A stretch of 64,000 bases of DNA from Cryomorphaceae bacterium BACL29 MAG-121220-bin8 (GTDB taxonomy: Bacteria; Bacteroidota; Bacteroidia; Flavobacteriales; Flavobacteriaceae). The notes beneath the pieces are model-generated. The model saw nothing but the letters and a program-made list of their open reading frames with translations. It had not been told where the DNA came from and ran no database searches. The position numbers were made by a program, and so were the translations under genes. The stretch's first letter is position 1. Each line of letters starts with the position of its first letter. Positions 48,820 through 59,076 of this stretch are shown one piece after another. The stretch covers positions 61,196 through 125,195 of the forward strand of contig CAJIYP010000004.1 of the NCBI GenBank assembly GCA_905181705.1, read 5' to 3'.

Positions 48820-49344
48820 ATGAAGAAGTTTATCTGTTTATTAAGTATCTTTTTTTTATTTATTTCTTGTAAGAAAACTAATAACAAAAGTGATTCAATT
48901 ACTAAATCAATTGATTATTCTCAATTAAATTCTTTTATTCAAGATTCTTTATCAGATTTTAGAATATTAAATAAAAATTATAATCAGGTTTTTGAATTAT
49001 GGGATGATATCAAAATTATTTCAAGTACATCAGATGTAATCTTAGGAGATCCCAGAACATTAATATTTTCCTTAGAATCTTTTAAATTAGAGGTAGAAAA
49101 AATAAATGACAAACAACTTCCAGGCAAATTAAACGTTCCTCCAATAATAGGGAGATTTAGAGTTTATAAAACCAATGTTTTAAAGATTAATTCTAATAAT
49201 ATAAATTTAGAAAACATCGACTTGTTCAAGAATAATATTGCAGATATTGTGATTTCTTATAATGCTTTAATTAAAATGATGAATAAAATAGCTAAAGAGA
49301 GTTTAGAGAGCAATAAATTAGATTTTACAGTTGAGGTTGAATAA
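48820..49344 (+). CDS. hypothetical lipoprotein
   Basis: 174 aa with signal plus lipobox (LFISC). No recognisable motif. Confidence 0.5.
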   Translation: MKKFICLLSIFFLFISCKKTNNKSDSITKSIDYSQLNSFIQDSLSDFRILNKNYNQVFELWDDIKIISSTSDVILGDPRTLIFSLESFKLEVEKINDKQLPGKLNVPPIIGRFRVYKTNVLKINSNNINLENIDLFKNNIADIVISYNALIKMMNKIAKESLESNKLDFTVEVE

Positions 49345-50128
49345 AAGTATAATTTAGTTCTGTTTGAATTTTAGAATCAGTTACTTCTTTATTTATCGAA
49401 TTATTATTTATAAAATTTATCTTTTTTAACCCAAGTTCTTCACATTTATTATTATAATAATCAATTTTAGAGGGGTGGTATGGGCTAACCCCTAGATATG
49501 TTTTTCCCCATGCTTCCATCTTAATTATTGTATATATAATTTGAATGCAATCTTTCAAATGAATTAAGTTTATTGGTGCTTTGGGATTTAAAACTTCTTT
49601 TTTTTTGGATAAAGAATATACAGGATGACGACTCTTGCCAATTAGCCCCCCAAATCTAATTACTGTACACTTATTCTTTTTACTTATTATTTTTTCTGAT
49701 TTAAGAATTTCAAAACCATTTTTAGAAGTAGGGTTAGGCTCTGTACTGAAATCTATTTTACCTTGATTTGAGCCATATACTGAAGTGCTGCTTACAAAGA
49801 TAATTTTATTAACAGATTGTTCCTTTGCTTGGATAGCTAAAAGCTCAATTTTTCTTGAATAATCAATTTTAGAATCCCCTCTCATATTAGGTGGAATATT
49901 GATTACTAAAACATCTAGATTTTTTAAAAAAAGAATAATTTCTCCCTTAATTTCTTTATCGGTGATTTCAATTAAATATGGTGCAATTTTAAAACTTTCT
50001 AGTTCTTTCAATTTTTCTTTTGAAGTGGACGAACCTTTGACAGAATAGTTTTTTTCAATTAATAATTTAGCAAGAGGAAGCCCTAACCATCCGCAACCTA
50101 TAATTCCTATTTTATTTTTTTGATTCAT
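49325..50128 (-). CDS. NAD(P)-binding Rossmann-fold protein (SDR/epimerase-like)
   Basis: N-terminal [17 protein letters not shown] dinucleotide-binding motif. 267 aa. Confidence 0.6.
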   Translation of the reverse strand: MNQKNKIGIIGCGWLGLPLAKLLIEKNYSVKGSSTSKEKLKELESFKIAPYLIEITDKEIKGEIILFLKNLDVLVINIPPNMRGDSKIDYSRKIELLAIQAKEQSVNKIIFVSSTSVYGSNQGKIDFSTEPNPTSKNGFEILKSEKIISKKNKCTVIRFGGLIGKSRHPVYSLSKKKEVLNPKAPINLIHLKDCIQIIYTIIKMEAWGKTYLGVSPYHPSKIDYYNNKCEELGLKKINFINNNSINKEVTDSKIQTELNYTFIQPQL

Positions 50129-51791
50129 TGAGTTTTTCTAATTGAAGTTCAATTTCTTCATCTTCAATTTTTCTAAAAATTAAATTACTTTTTTCAATTT
50201 CTTCACATATGACTGGACTATTTTTATTAATGGAGTCCCAATTTGTATTTTTAATGTTAAACTGTTTTTTTAATTTTATAGAAGTATTAGGAAGAAAAGG
50301 TTCACATACCATTGAGAGTATTCCACATATCTGAATCGAAATATTCATTATGGTTTTAACTTTTTCTGAATCATCCGATTTAATGACTTTCCATGGCTCT
50401 TCATCTGCTAAATATTTATTACCTATTCTAGCTAAATCAATCATGGTATTTATTGCCTCTCTAAATTTAAATTTTTCAATAGAGTTTCCTATTTTTTCAG
50501 GGTATGAATAAACTTTATCAAGTAAATCATTTTCCTTTTCTGTGAAAGTTTCAACTAAAGGTGTTTTACCTTCATAATATTTTTGAGTCAATACAACTAC
50601 TCTATTTATAAAGTTTCCAAAAATTGCTACAAGCTCGTTATTGTTTTTAGCTTGAAAGTCTTTCCATGTGAAATCGTTGTCTTTGTTTTCTGGAGCATTA
50701 GCAGTTAATACGTACCTTAAAGTATCTTGAAGTTCTGGAAAATCTTTCATGTATTCGTGTAGCCATATTGCCCAGTTTTTTGACGTAGATATTTTTCTCC
50801 CTTCTAAATTTAAAAACTCATTAGCAGGAACATTGGTAGGTAAGATATATTTTTCAGATGCTTTTAATATAGAAGGAAAAATAATGCAATGAAAAACTAT
50901 ATTATCTTTTCCAATAAAATGTACTAGTTCTGTGTTTGGGTCTTGCCAATAAGGTTTCCAATCTACTTTTTCTTTTTCTGCCCACTCAACTGTAGATGAA
51001 ATATATCCAATAGGTGCATCAAACCATACGTATAAAACTTTTCCAATTGCTTCTTTTATTGGTACAGGAATCCCCCAGTCTAAATCTCTGGTTATTGCTC
51101 TAGGTTTTAGACCTTCATTTATCCAAGACTTTACTTGACCAAAAACGTTTATTTTCCAATCTTCTTTTTTTTCTTTAAGAAACCATTCTTTTAAGAAGTT
51201 GTCAAATTTGTTCAGAGGAAGAAACCAATGTTTAGTTTTTTTTAATGAAGGCTTATTTCCGCTTAATTTAGATTTAGGGTTTATAAGATCAGTAGGGTTT
51301 AGTGAAGATCCACAGCTTTCACATTGATCTCCGTAAGCTCCATCAAAATTACATTTTGGACATTCCCCCTCAACATAACGATCAGCTAAAAATTGATTTT
51401 CCTTTTCATCATACAATTGTTCAGATTCTTGTTCAAGAAAGATTTTCTTATTATTTAAATCATTAAAAAACTCAGAAGCTATTTTATGATGTGTTTTTGA
51501 AGAAGTCCTAGAATAATTATCAAATGAAATTCCAAAATCTTCAAAAGATTTTTTGATGATAGTATGGTATTTGTCAATTATTTTTTGAGGACTAATTCCT
51601 TCTTTTTTAGCTCTTATTGGAATTGCAGCTCCATGTTCATCACTTCCACAAACAAAAATAATATCATTCCCTTTGAGTCTTAAGAACCGAGAGTATATGT
51701 CAGCAGGAATGTATGCCCCAGCTAAATGGCCAATATGTATGGGTCCATTTGCATAAGGAAGCGCTGCAGTAATAGTGTATCTTTTTTTCAA
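50112..51791 (-). CDS. metG: methionine--tRNA ligase (core form without a C-terminal tRNA-binding/dimerisation domain)
   Basis: HIGH-type motif [14 protein letters not shown]-type motif KISTSK, and a zinc knuckle CPKC…CESC. 559 aa. Confidence 0.95.
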   Translation of the reverse strand: MKKRYTITAALPYANGPIHIGHLAGAYIPADIYSRFLRLKGNDIIFVCGSDEHGAAIPIRAKKEGISPQKIIDKYHTIIKKSFEDFGISFDNYSRTSSKTHHKIASEFFNDLNNKKIFLEQESEQLYDEKENQFLADRYVEGECPKCNFDGAYGDQCESCGSSLNPTDLINPKSKLSGNKPSLKKTKHWFLPLNKFDNFLKEWFLKEKKEDWKINVFGQVKSWINEGLKPRAITRDLDWGIPVPIKEAIGKVLYVWFDAPIGYISSTVEWAEKEKVDWKPYWQDPNTELVHFIGKDNIVFHCIIFPSILKASEKYILPTNVPANEFLNLEGRKISTSKNWAIWLHEYMKDFPELQDTLRYVLTANAPENKDNDFTWKDFQAKNNNELVAIFGNFINRVVVLTQKYYEGKTPLVETFTEKENDLLDKVYSYPEKIGNSIEKFKFREAINTMIDLARIGNKYLADEEPWKVIKSDDSEKVKTIMNISIQICGILSMVCEPFLPNTSIKLKKQFNIKNTNWDSINKNSPVICEEIEKSNLIFRKIEDEEIELQLEKLNESKK

Positions 51792-51808
51792 GTGTTATTT
51801 TATAATTA

Positions 51809-51816
51809 CAAAAATA
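51809..51816 (-). promoter_or_regulatory. candidate -7 box (TATTTTTG on the minus strand) for metG
   Basis: The plus-strand CAAAAATA at 51809-51816 is a TAnnTTTG match on the minus strand, 18 nt upstream of the metG ATG. Confidence 0.3.
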
Positions 51817-51933
51817 ATCAATTAATGTATTCTTTTGCTAAATAGCTATGACGCATAATTAATTAAATGTTATATGTATAATTTTTTGTTATGTTTTTAA
51901 CAATTATAAATGATTACTATATTTGTAAAAATT

Positions 51934-52590
51934 ATGAAAACAATTTCATCAGCTGTTGAAGACTATATTAAAGCTAAACCTTTTTTAATTTCTGCTTTAT
52001 CTCAAGGTATTATTAATCTGACTTCATTATCTAGAATTATTAAAACAGAAATCGAAGTATCCTTAAAAAAAGAAGTTAAATATGGAGCTATAGTCATGGC
52101 TTTAAAAAGGCTTTCAAGCGAATTAGAATTTAGAACTACATATAAAATTGTTAAAATAATTAAAGATATAGGAGACATTACCGTTAGGTCTTCTTTAATT
52201 GATTATAATTTCAAAGTTTCGGATACTTTACTAAGTAATCAAGCTAAACTTCTTGCAAAAGTGGACAATAAGGATGATTTTTACACATCTTCTAGAGGAG
52301 TAAATGAATGTAATATTGTAGTTAGCGGAAATTTATCTTCATTAGTTGAAAACACTCTTAAAGATGAATATTGCATTTCTAAACAAACGGATCTTTCGTC
52401 AATTTCAATCAAACTTCCTAGTGAAAATGTTACTATTCCTGGTGTATACTATTTTGTTTTTCAAAGACTTTCGTGGGAGGGGATTAATATATATGAAGTA
52501 ATTTCCACATCAAATGAGTTTACTATTTTAGTTAATGAAGAACAGGTAGATAAAGCATTTAGAGTAATTAAAAACTTAAAAAATCTGTAG
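51934..52590 (+). CDS. uncharacterised protein with an ACT-like C-terminal domain
   Basis: The ATG at 51934 is preferred because a TATATTTG box at 51918-51925 lies downstream of the ORF-track start. The C-terminal segment IPGVYYFVFQRLSWEGINIYEVISTSNEFTILVNEEQVDKAF resembles aspartokinase-type ACT domains. Confidence 0.4.
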   Translation: MKTISSAVEDYIKAKPFLISALSQGIINLTSLSRIIKTEIEVSLKKEVKYGAIVMALKRLSSELEFRTTYKIVKIIKDIGDITVRSSLIDYNFKVSDTLLSNQAKLLAKVDNKDDFYTSSRGVNECNIVVSGNLSSLVENTLKDEYCISKQTDLSSISIKLPSENVTIPGVYYFVFQRLSWEGINIYEVISTSNEFTILVNEEQVDKAFRVIKNLKNL

Positions 52591-55500
52591 TTTTTCAAAA
52601 GCTTCATTAATTGAGTGTATATTTTTAAAAATTACTAACAGAACATCCCCATTATTATTTTTCTTTTCTTTTATCTCACAGACACTTTTATTGTGATGAA
52701 TACTTGTTAGTGTTCTTTGAAAATCTCCACTGGAATAATACGAGTTTTCTTTATCAGAAATGAATTGACATATCATTTTGTTATTTTTTAAAATGATTTT
52801 TTCAAAACCTATTTTAGAAGCGAACCATTTTAGCTCGACAGTTCTTAAAAGATCAATTGTTTGAAAAGGAATTTCCCCAAATCTGTCTCTTAAATTTTTT
52901 TTAAACTCCTCCAATTCATTCTCGTTATTTAACTCTGACAAATGTTTATACAGTTTTAACCTTTCTTTTATATTATTAATATAGGAATCTGGAAATAGAA
53001 TTTCTAAATCAGTATCTATTTGAACATTTTTAACATTATTATTTATTTCTAAATCATCATCAAATAGATCTTTAAAATCTTTAGATTTTAATTCTTCAAC
53101 AGCTTCTTTTAATATTTTTTGATAAGTTTCAAACCCTATGTCGTTTATAAAACCACTTTGCTCAGCACCTAATAAATCGCCAGCGCCTCTGATTTCTAAA
53201 TCTTTCATCGCAATGAAAAATCCAGAACCTAGTTCGGTGTGCAATTCAATTGCTTCAATTCTTTTTCTAGCCTCTTTAGTCATAGATGAAAATGGAGAGG
53301 TAATAAAATAACAAAAAGCTTTTTTATTACTTCTACCAACTCTTCCCCTCATTTGATGAAGATCACTAAGTCCAAAATTTTGTGCGTTGTTAATGAATAT
53401 AGTATTTGCATTAGGCACATCTAATCCACTTTCTATTATTGTAGTAGAAATTAAAACATCAAAACTGCCATTAATAAAATCTAACATTGTTTTTTCAAGT
53501 TTTTTTCCTTCTAATCTACCATGAACAATAGCAATGTCTGCATTCGGGACTAATCTTGAAATTAATGCAGCAATATCATTAATATTTTCTATTCTGTTAT
53601 GAATGAAAAAAACTTGCCCCCCTCTTTGCATCTCAAAACTTATAGCCTCTGTTATAATTTCTTCTTTAAATGAAATAACATTGCTATCTATTGGAAACCT
53701 GTTTTGTGGCGGAGTGTTAATTATAGATAAATCTCTTGCAGACATTAAACTATACTGAAGAGTTCTTGGAATTGGGGTGGCCGTTAGAGTTAAGACATCA
53801 ATATTTTCTTTTATAGATCTAATTTTTTCTTTAACACTAACACCAAATTTTTGTTCTTCATCAACAATTAATAATCCTAAATTTTTGAATTCAATGCTTT
53901 TATTAACTAATTGGTGAGTTCCTATTATTAAGTCAATTTTTCCAGATTGTATTTCACTCTTTATAATTGTTTTTTCCTTACTAGTTCGAAATCTATTTAA
54001 ATAATCTACAGAAACAGGAAATTCTTTAAGTCTTTTCGTAAATGTTTTGAAATGTTGAAAAGCAAGAACGGTAGTTGGAACTAAAATAGCTACTTGTTTT
54101 CCATTATCGATTGCCTTAAATGCAGCTCTAATAGCTATTTCTGTTTTACCAAAACCAACATCTCCACATATCAGCCTATCCATTGGTTGAAGGCTTTCCA
54201 TGTCATTTTTAATATCTACTGTTGACTTAACCTGATCAGGTGTATCTTCATAAATAAAAGAAGCTTCTAATTCGTGTTGAATAGATGAGTCAGGACCATA
54301 CTGAAAACCTTTTTTTAATTTTCTTTTTGCATATGCTTCAATTAAATTAAAAGCAACTTCTTTGACTCTATTTTTTGCTTTAAGTTTTATTTTTTTCCAT
54401 GCACCAGATCCAAGTTTAAATATTTTCGGTTTAGTACCGTCTTTTCCATTGTATTTACAAATTTTGTGAATAAGATGAATACTTACATACAAGGTGTCTC
54501 TTTCACCATAGGATAACTTAACTGCTTCTTGTTTTTTACCGTTTACCTCTATTTTTTGAAGTCCTCCAAAAATTCCAATACCATGATCAATATGAGTTAC
54601 ATAATCCCCTAACTCTAGTTGATTTAGTTCATCTAGACTTACTCTCTTTTTTATTGAAAAACCAGCTTTAATATTGAATTTATGATATCTGTCAAAAATT
54701 TCATGATCAGAATAACAAACCTCTTTGTCTTCGTGATTAATAAAGCCCTTATATATCGTTTTTTCAATCAATTTTATTGAAATAGTATTTTCTATTTTTT
54801 CAAAAATCTCATTAAATCTTTTTATTTGATTTTTAGAGGAGCAGAAAATCACGATTTTATAACCCTTATTACTGTAATTTGTTAAGTTCTCTATCAATAA
54901 GTTAAATCTCTTGTTAAAAGCAGGCTGAGGAACTGTCAGAAAAGAAATTTGATTGTTAATTTCTTTTTTAAATTCTATGGTTGAAAATTTATTTAAATCT
55001 GAAATTAAACTCAAACTATTGTAAAAAAGATTATTTGAATTATCTTTTTTATTTAGATTCTTCGCATATTTTTTTTCTATTTTTTCAAAACAATTTTCAA
55101 GTTCCTTCTCAAGAAACATAGAGTTTTCAATAATAATTGTGGAATCATGGTTTAAAAAATTAAAAATACTCTCCCTTTCTTGCTCAGATTCTTTGTTTTC
55201 AATATCTGCTAATATTTCAATAGACGAGAATGTATTATTTGAAATTTGAGAGTCAATTTCGAAGCTTCGAATACTCTCAATTTCATTTCCAAAAAACTCA
55301 ATTCTAAAAGGAAGATTACTGGAATAAGAAAACACATCAACAATACCTCCTCGAACAGAAAAATCACCAGGTTCAGAAACAAAATCTACTCTATTAAAGT
55401 CATATTCAAATAATTTTTCATTTAAACTCTCAAGTTCTATTTTTTGAAATTTTGAAATTTTTAATGTCTTTTTCTTTATTTCTTTTTTAATAAGAACTTT

Positions 55501-55914
55501 TTCAAATATCGCTTCAGGATAGCTAACAATTATTTTTGACTTTCCATTTGAATTTAAATCTTTAATAATCTCCGTTCTGGAGAATACATTTTGACTATCT
55601 GTTTTGTTGAACTCTCGGTTTCTTTTATAACTACTTAAAAAAAAACTACATTGATTAGAGTTCATAAAATTCTCTAAATCATTAAAATGATATGCAGCTG
55701 TTTCTTTGTCATTTAAAATCCAAAAAATAGTTTTATAATTATTTCTAAATAATTCTTTTACAAAGAAAGATTTAGCAGATCCATACAATCCATTTACATA
55801 TAATTTTTGTTGGTTTTGGGCACAAGAAACCTGAAGTTTCTGAACTTTCAGAGACTTGAAAAAAGGGAAAGAATATGGGTGTTTACCCGCTTTTTTCATT
55901 GTCACAAATATCAA
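52576..55914 (-). CDS. mfd: transcription-repair coupling factor
   Basis: 1112 aa. Walker A GDVGFGKTE, DEEQ box LLIVDEEQKFG, and helicase motif VI QMRGRVGRS. Confidence 0.95.
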   Translation of the reverse strand: MIFVTMKKAGKHPYSFPFFKSLKVQKLQVSCAQNQQKLYVNGLYGSAKSFFVKELFRNNYKTIFWILNDKETAAYHFNDLENFMNSNQCSFFLSSYKRNREFNKTDSQNVFSRTEIIKDLNSNGKSKIIVSYPEAIFEKVLIKKEIKKKTLKISKFQKIELESLNEKLFEYDFNRVDFVSEPGDFSVRGGIVDVFSYSSNLPFRIEFFGNEIESIRSFEIDSQISNNTFSSIEILADIENKESEQERESIFNFLNHDSTIIIENSMFLEKELENCFEKIEKKYAKNLNKKDNSNNLFYNSLSLISDLNKFSTIEFKKEINNQISFLTVPQPAFNKRFNLLIENLTNYSNKGYKIVIFCSSKNQIKRFNEIFEKIENTISIKLIEKTIYKGFINHEDKEVCYSDHEIFDRYHKFNIKAGFSIKKRVSLDELNQLELGDYVTHIDHGIGIFGGLQKIEVNGKKQEAVKLSYGERDTLYVSIHLIHKICKYNGKDGTKPKIFKLGSGAWKKIKLKAKNRVKEVAFNLIEAYAKRKLKKGFQYGPDSSIQHELEASFIYEDTPDQVKSTVDIKNDMESLQPMDRLICGDVGFGKTEIAIRAAFKAIDNGKQVAILVPTTVLAFQHFKTFTKRLKEFPVSVDYLNRFRTSKEKTIIKSEIQSGKIDLIIGTHQLVNKSIEFKNLGLLIVDEEQKFGVSVKEKIRSIKENIDVLTLTATPIPRTLQYSLMSARDLSIINTPPQNRFPIDSNVISFKEEIITEAISFEMQRGGQVFFIHNRIENINDIAALISRLVPNADIAIVHGRLEGKKLEKTMLDFINGSFDVLISTTIIESGLDVPNANTIFINNAQNFGLSDLHQMRGRVGRSNKKAFCYFITSPFSSMTKEARKRIEAIELHTELGSGFFIAMKDLEIRGAGDLLGAEQSGFINDIGFETYQKILKEAVEELKSKDFKDLFDDDLEINNNVKNVQIDTDLEILFPDSYINNIKERLKLYKHLSELNNENELEEFKKNLRDRFGEIPFQTIDLLRTVELKWFASKIGFEKIILKNNKMICQFISDKENSYYSSGDFQRTLTSIHHNKSVCEIKEKKNNNGDVLLVIFKNIHSINEAFEKLQIF

Positions 55915-55986
55915 TAAAATTGTTATACTTTTTAGGAATTATTTGTTTTTAAATACATTGACTTAACTTTGGAAAAATTTTAATTA

Positions 55987-56466
55987 ATGTACTTAAATAT
56001 TAGACCTGCAACAGAAAGTGATATGCCTGAAGTATTATCTTTAATTAAAGAACTAGCAGCTTTTGAAAAAGAACCTAATGCAGTGATTATAACAACGAAA
56101 GATTTAATTAACCATGCTTTTTCAAAGACTCCATTATTTGTATGTTTTGTTGCAGTTTTAAAAACTAAAATTGTAGGCATGTCTTTGGGTTACCCTCGTT
56201 ATTCTACATGGAAAGGCCCAACGATGCATTTAGAAGATTTAATTGTTACTAGTAATAAAAGAGGTTTAGGAATAGGACAGGCCTTGTTTTCAAATTTCAT
56301 TAAATACTCTCAATTAAAAGGAGTCAAAAGAATAGAATGGGCAGTATTAAATTGGAACGTTGATGCGATAAAATTCTATCAGTCCAATGGAGCTAAAGTT
56401 TATGATGATTGGAATATTGCTCAAATGGACGAATCAGCTATTAATAATTTTATAAAAAATAATTAA
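55987..56466 (+). CDS. GNAT family N-acetyltransferase
   Basis: 159 aa. Acetyl-CoA binding motif RGLGIGQALF. Confidence 0.8.
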   Translation: MYLNIRPATESDMPEVLSLIKELAAFEKEPNAVIITTKDLINHAFSKTPLFVCFVAVLKTKIVGMSLGYPRYSTWKGPTMHLEDLIVTSNKRGLGIGQALFSNFIKYSQLKGVKRIEWAVLNWNVDAIKFYQSNGAKVYDDWNIAQMDESAINNFIKNN

Positions 56467-57716
56467 TGAGAATATATAAATTTGGTGGAGCTTCAGTAAA
56501 AGATTCGGTAGCTATTGAAAATATTATTTCAATTTTAAATAAAAAAGGATTTGAAAAAACCTTGCTGGTTGTTTCTGCAATGGATAAAACAACCAATGCT
56601 TTTGAATTAGTCGTTAAAAACTATTTTGAAAACAAAAGTGAATTACAATATTCTATTAATGAAATTTTTAAATTTCACAATCAGATTTTATTAAACTTAT
56701 TCAGCAATGAAAATCATGAAATTTATAAGGAAGTAAAATCAATTTTCGATAATTTAAAAGGATTTTTAAATAGAAATAAATCACCTGAATACTCTTTTGT
56801 TTATGATCAGGTGGTTCCAAATGGAGAGTTGCTTTCCACCAAAATAATTAACGCTTATTTAAATTATAAAGGAATTAAATCGAATTGGATAGACTCAAGA
56901 GATTTAATTAAAACAGACTCTAACTATAGAGATGCTGACTTAAATTGGGATCTTACACAGAAAAACATTTTAAATAAAGTAGATAAAAAAGTATTAAATA
57001 TTACGCAAGGATTTATTGGAAGTAATCAAAATAATTTTAACACTACTCTTGGAAGAGAGGGGTCTGATTATTCTGCAGCAATTTATGCATATTGTCTAAA
57101 TGCAGACTCTCTAACTATTTGGAAAGATGTTTCTGGAGTTTTGAATGCAGATCCAAGAGTTTTTAAAAATCCAGTTTTATTAGAGTTTATATCTTACACA
57201 GAAGCAATTGAATTAGCATTTTATGGTGCCTCCGTTATTCACCCCAAAACTTTACAACCTTTACAGAAAAAAGAAATACCACTTTATGTAAAATCTTTTT
57301 TAAATCCGGACGGAGTTGGTACTTCAATTTCTAGAGGAATTAAAATAAAGCCAAAAGTCCCATGCTTCATTGTAAAAAGAAATCTTAATCTTTTAAAGTT
57401 GTCTTCTCTTGATTTTTCATTTATTGTAGAAGAAAATATTAGTGAAATATTCCAGATTCTACATGAAAACAAAATGAAAGTTGATTTAATACAAAACTCT
57501 GCTATTAGTTTTTCAGTATGTATATATGATAAATTTAATAGGCTTAAAGAATTGTTGTCAATTCTAAAGGCTACTTTTAAGGTACAATGTATTGAAAATG
57601 TAAAATTGTTTACCATTAGGCATTTCAATGAAACCTCTTCAAATGAAATTTTAAAAAATAATGAACTACTTCTAGAACAGAGAACAGATGAAATACTTCA
57701 CCTAGTAGTTCGCTAG
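56466..57716 (+). CDS. lysC: aspartate kinase
   Basis: N-terminal KFGGASV motif, with GREGSDYSAA and C-terminal ACT-like repeats. Its start overlaps the GNAT stop (TAATG). Confidence 0.9.
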   Translation: MRIYKFGGASVKDSVAIENIISILNKKGFEKTLLVVSAMDKTTNAFELVVKNYFENKSELQYSINEIFKFHNQILLNLFSNENHEIYKEVKSIFDNLKGFLNRNKSPEYSFVYDQVVPNGELLSTKIINAYLNYKGIKSNWIDSRDLIKTDSNYRDADLNWDLTQKNILNKVDKKVLNITQGFIGSNQNNFNTTLGREGSDYSAAIYAYCLNADSLTIWKDVSGVLNADPRVFKNPVLLEFISYTEAIELAFYGASVIHPKTLQPLQKKEIPLYVKSFLNPDGVGTSISRGIKIKPKVPCFIVKRNLNLLKLSSLDFSFIVEENISEIFQILHENKMKVDLIQNSAISFSVCIYDKFNRLKELLSILKATFKVQCIENVKLFTIRHFNETSSNEILKNNELLLEQRTDEILHLVVR

Positions 57717-58129
57717 TTAAAAAAATTTTTTGCAAATTCTTCAGAGAATTTTTTGATTTCATCTCTACAATTATCGAAATCTAAATCCATATTTTTTGAA
57801 TTTTTAATTTTGGATGGATCTATAAAGTTTTTATGAATCCTTTTAGATTTCTTTGAATAGAAAAAGGGACATTTTTCATTCGCGTTATCGCAAACAGTAA
57901 TAATAAAATCAAAATTAATCCCTAGGTATTCGTTTATATTGTTTGAGTTATAGCTAGCAATATCTAAACCGTCTCTTAACATTGTTTTGATTGCCATTTG
58001 ATTTAATCCATGCGTCTCTATTCCAGCGCTATAAACTTTTGCTTTCTCTTTTAAAAATTTACAAAAATATCCATGTGCTATTTGACTTCTACAAGAATTA
58101 CCAGTGCATAGAATTAAAATGTTTTTCAT
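57713..58129 (-). CDS. arsC: arsenate reductase / low-molecular-weight phosphotyrosine phosphatase family (thioredoxin-coupled ArsC type)
   Basis: P-loop CTGNSCRS plus the downstream cysteine pair VCDNANEKCP, which is typical of Trx-coupled ArsC. Confidence 0.7.
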   Translation of the reverse strand: MKNILILCTGNSCRSQIAHGYFCKFLKEKAKVYSAGIETHGLNQMAIKTMLRDGLDIASYNSNNINEYLGINFDFIITVCDNANEKCPFFYSKKSKRIHKNFIDPSKIKNSKNMDLDFDNCRDEIKKFSEEFAKNFFN

Positions 58130-58130
58130 A

Positions 58131-59069
58131 TTATTTTAATAATTTTTTTATTTTTTTCAAAATTATTTTTACTAGACCTAACTTACTTTCTTTAGTCCAT
58201 CCTGCAATGTGAGGGGTTAACAATATTTTTTTTGAATTGATTAAGTATGTTAATTCTGAATTTGAATCTAATGATTGTGTAAGTTTTTCAAAGGATTTCT
58301 TTTCGAATTCTAGCACATCCAAAGCAGCACCTAATATTTTTTTTTCATTTATTCCTTTTATTAAATCTCTAGATTTAACACATTGTCCTCTTGCAGTGTT
58401 TAAAAGCCAAAATGGTTTTTTGCATTCATCAATAAACTTAGTATTTATAATTTCAAAAGCTTCTTTAGTTAGTGAAGCATGAATACTTACTACATCAGAA
58501 TTTTCTTTAATTTCTTTTAATGTAACTTCTTTTGCATAGTTGTTTTCTAATCCAGGCTTTAAATCATAAAAGATTGTATTTAATTCAAATCCTGAGAGTT
58601 TTTTGGCAAAACTTTTACCCGTATTCCCATATCCTATTAAGCCTATTGTTTTATTCTTTAATTCATAGCCTCTATTCGCTTCTCTAGACCATATTCCTTT
58701 ACTAATTTCTTGTTCTGAATTAGACATGTTATTGACTAGAGAAAGCAACATGCCTAAGGCGTGTTCACCTACAGCATTTGCGTTGCCTTCGGGTGAGGAA
58801 ATAACGGATATTTTATTTTTCTGAGCATAATTAATATCAATATTTTCTGTTCCAGAGCCTACTCTTGCTATAAACTTTAAATTTTTTGCTTTGTCAATTA
58901 GTGATTTGTCAATTGGTATTCTACTTCTAATTATAATACCAAAATACGATGAAATATGATTTTCTATTTCATTTTTTGAAGACTTAAAATCAAATGTATT
59001 AGTAAACCCTAAACTCTTTAATTCATCATATAAATAAGAATGTGTGCTATCTAAATGAAGTATTTTCAT
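58131..59069 (-). CDS. D-isomer-specific 2-hydroxyacid dehydrogenase (phosphoglycerate dehydrogenase-like)
   Basis: NAD motif GLIGYGNTGKSFAKKL. Catalytic region NTARG…E…TPHIAGWT. Confidence 0.85.
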   Translation of the reverse strand: MKILHLDSTHSYLYDELKSLGFTNTFDFKSSKNEIENHISSYFGIIIRSRIPIDKSLIDKAKNLKFIARVGSGTENIDINYAQKNKISVISSPEGNANAVGEHALGMLLSLVNNMSNSEQEISKGIWSREANRGYELKNKTIGLIGYGNTGKSFAKKLSGFELNTIFYDLKPGLENNYAKEVTLKEIKENSDVVSIHASLTKEAFEIINTKFIDECKKPFWLLNTARGQCVKSRDLIKGINEKKILGAALDVLEFEKKSFEKLTQSLDSNSELTYLINSKKILLTPHIAGWTKESKLGLVKIILKKIKKLLK

Positions 59070-59076
59070 TTTTTAA

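Noticed and set aside
51792-51933. A possible leader or riboswitch upstream of metG, and likewise for lysC, mgtE and ribF.
   Set aside because: lysC, mgtE and ribF have essentially no upstream intergenic space because their neighbours overlap or abut them. The metG/ACT-like divergent spacer shows only promoter-like TAnnTTTG boxes and no conserved riboswitch core that I can recognise.
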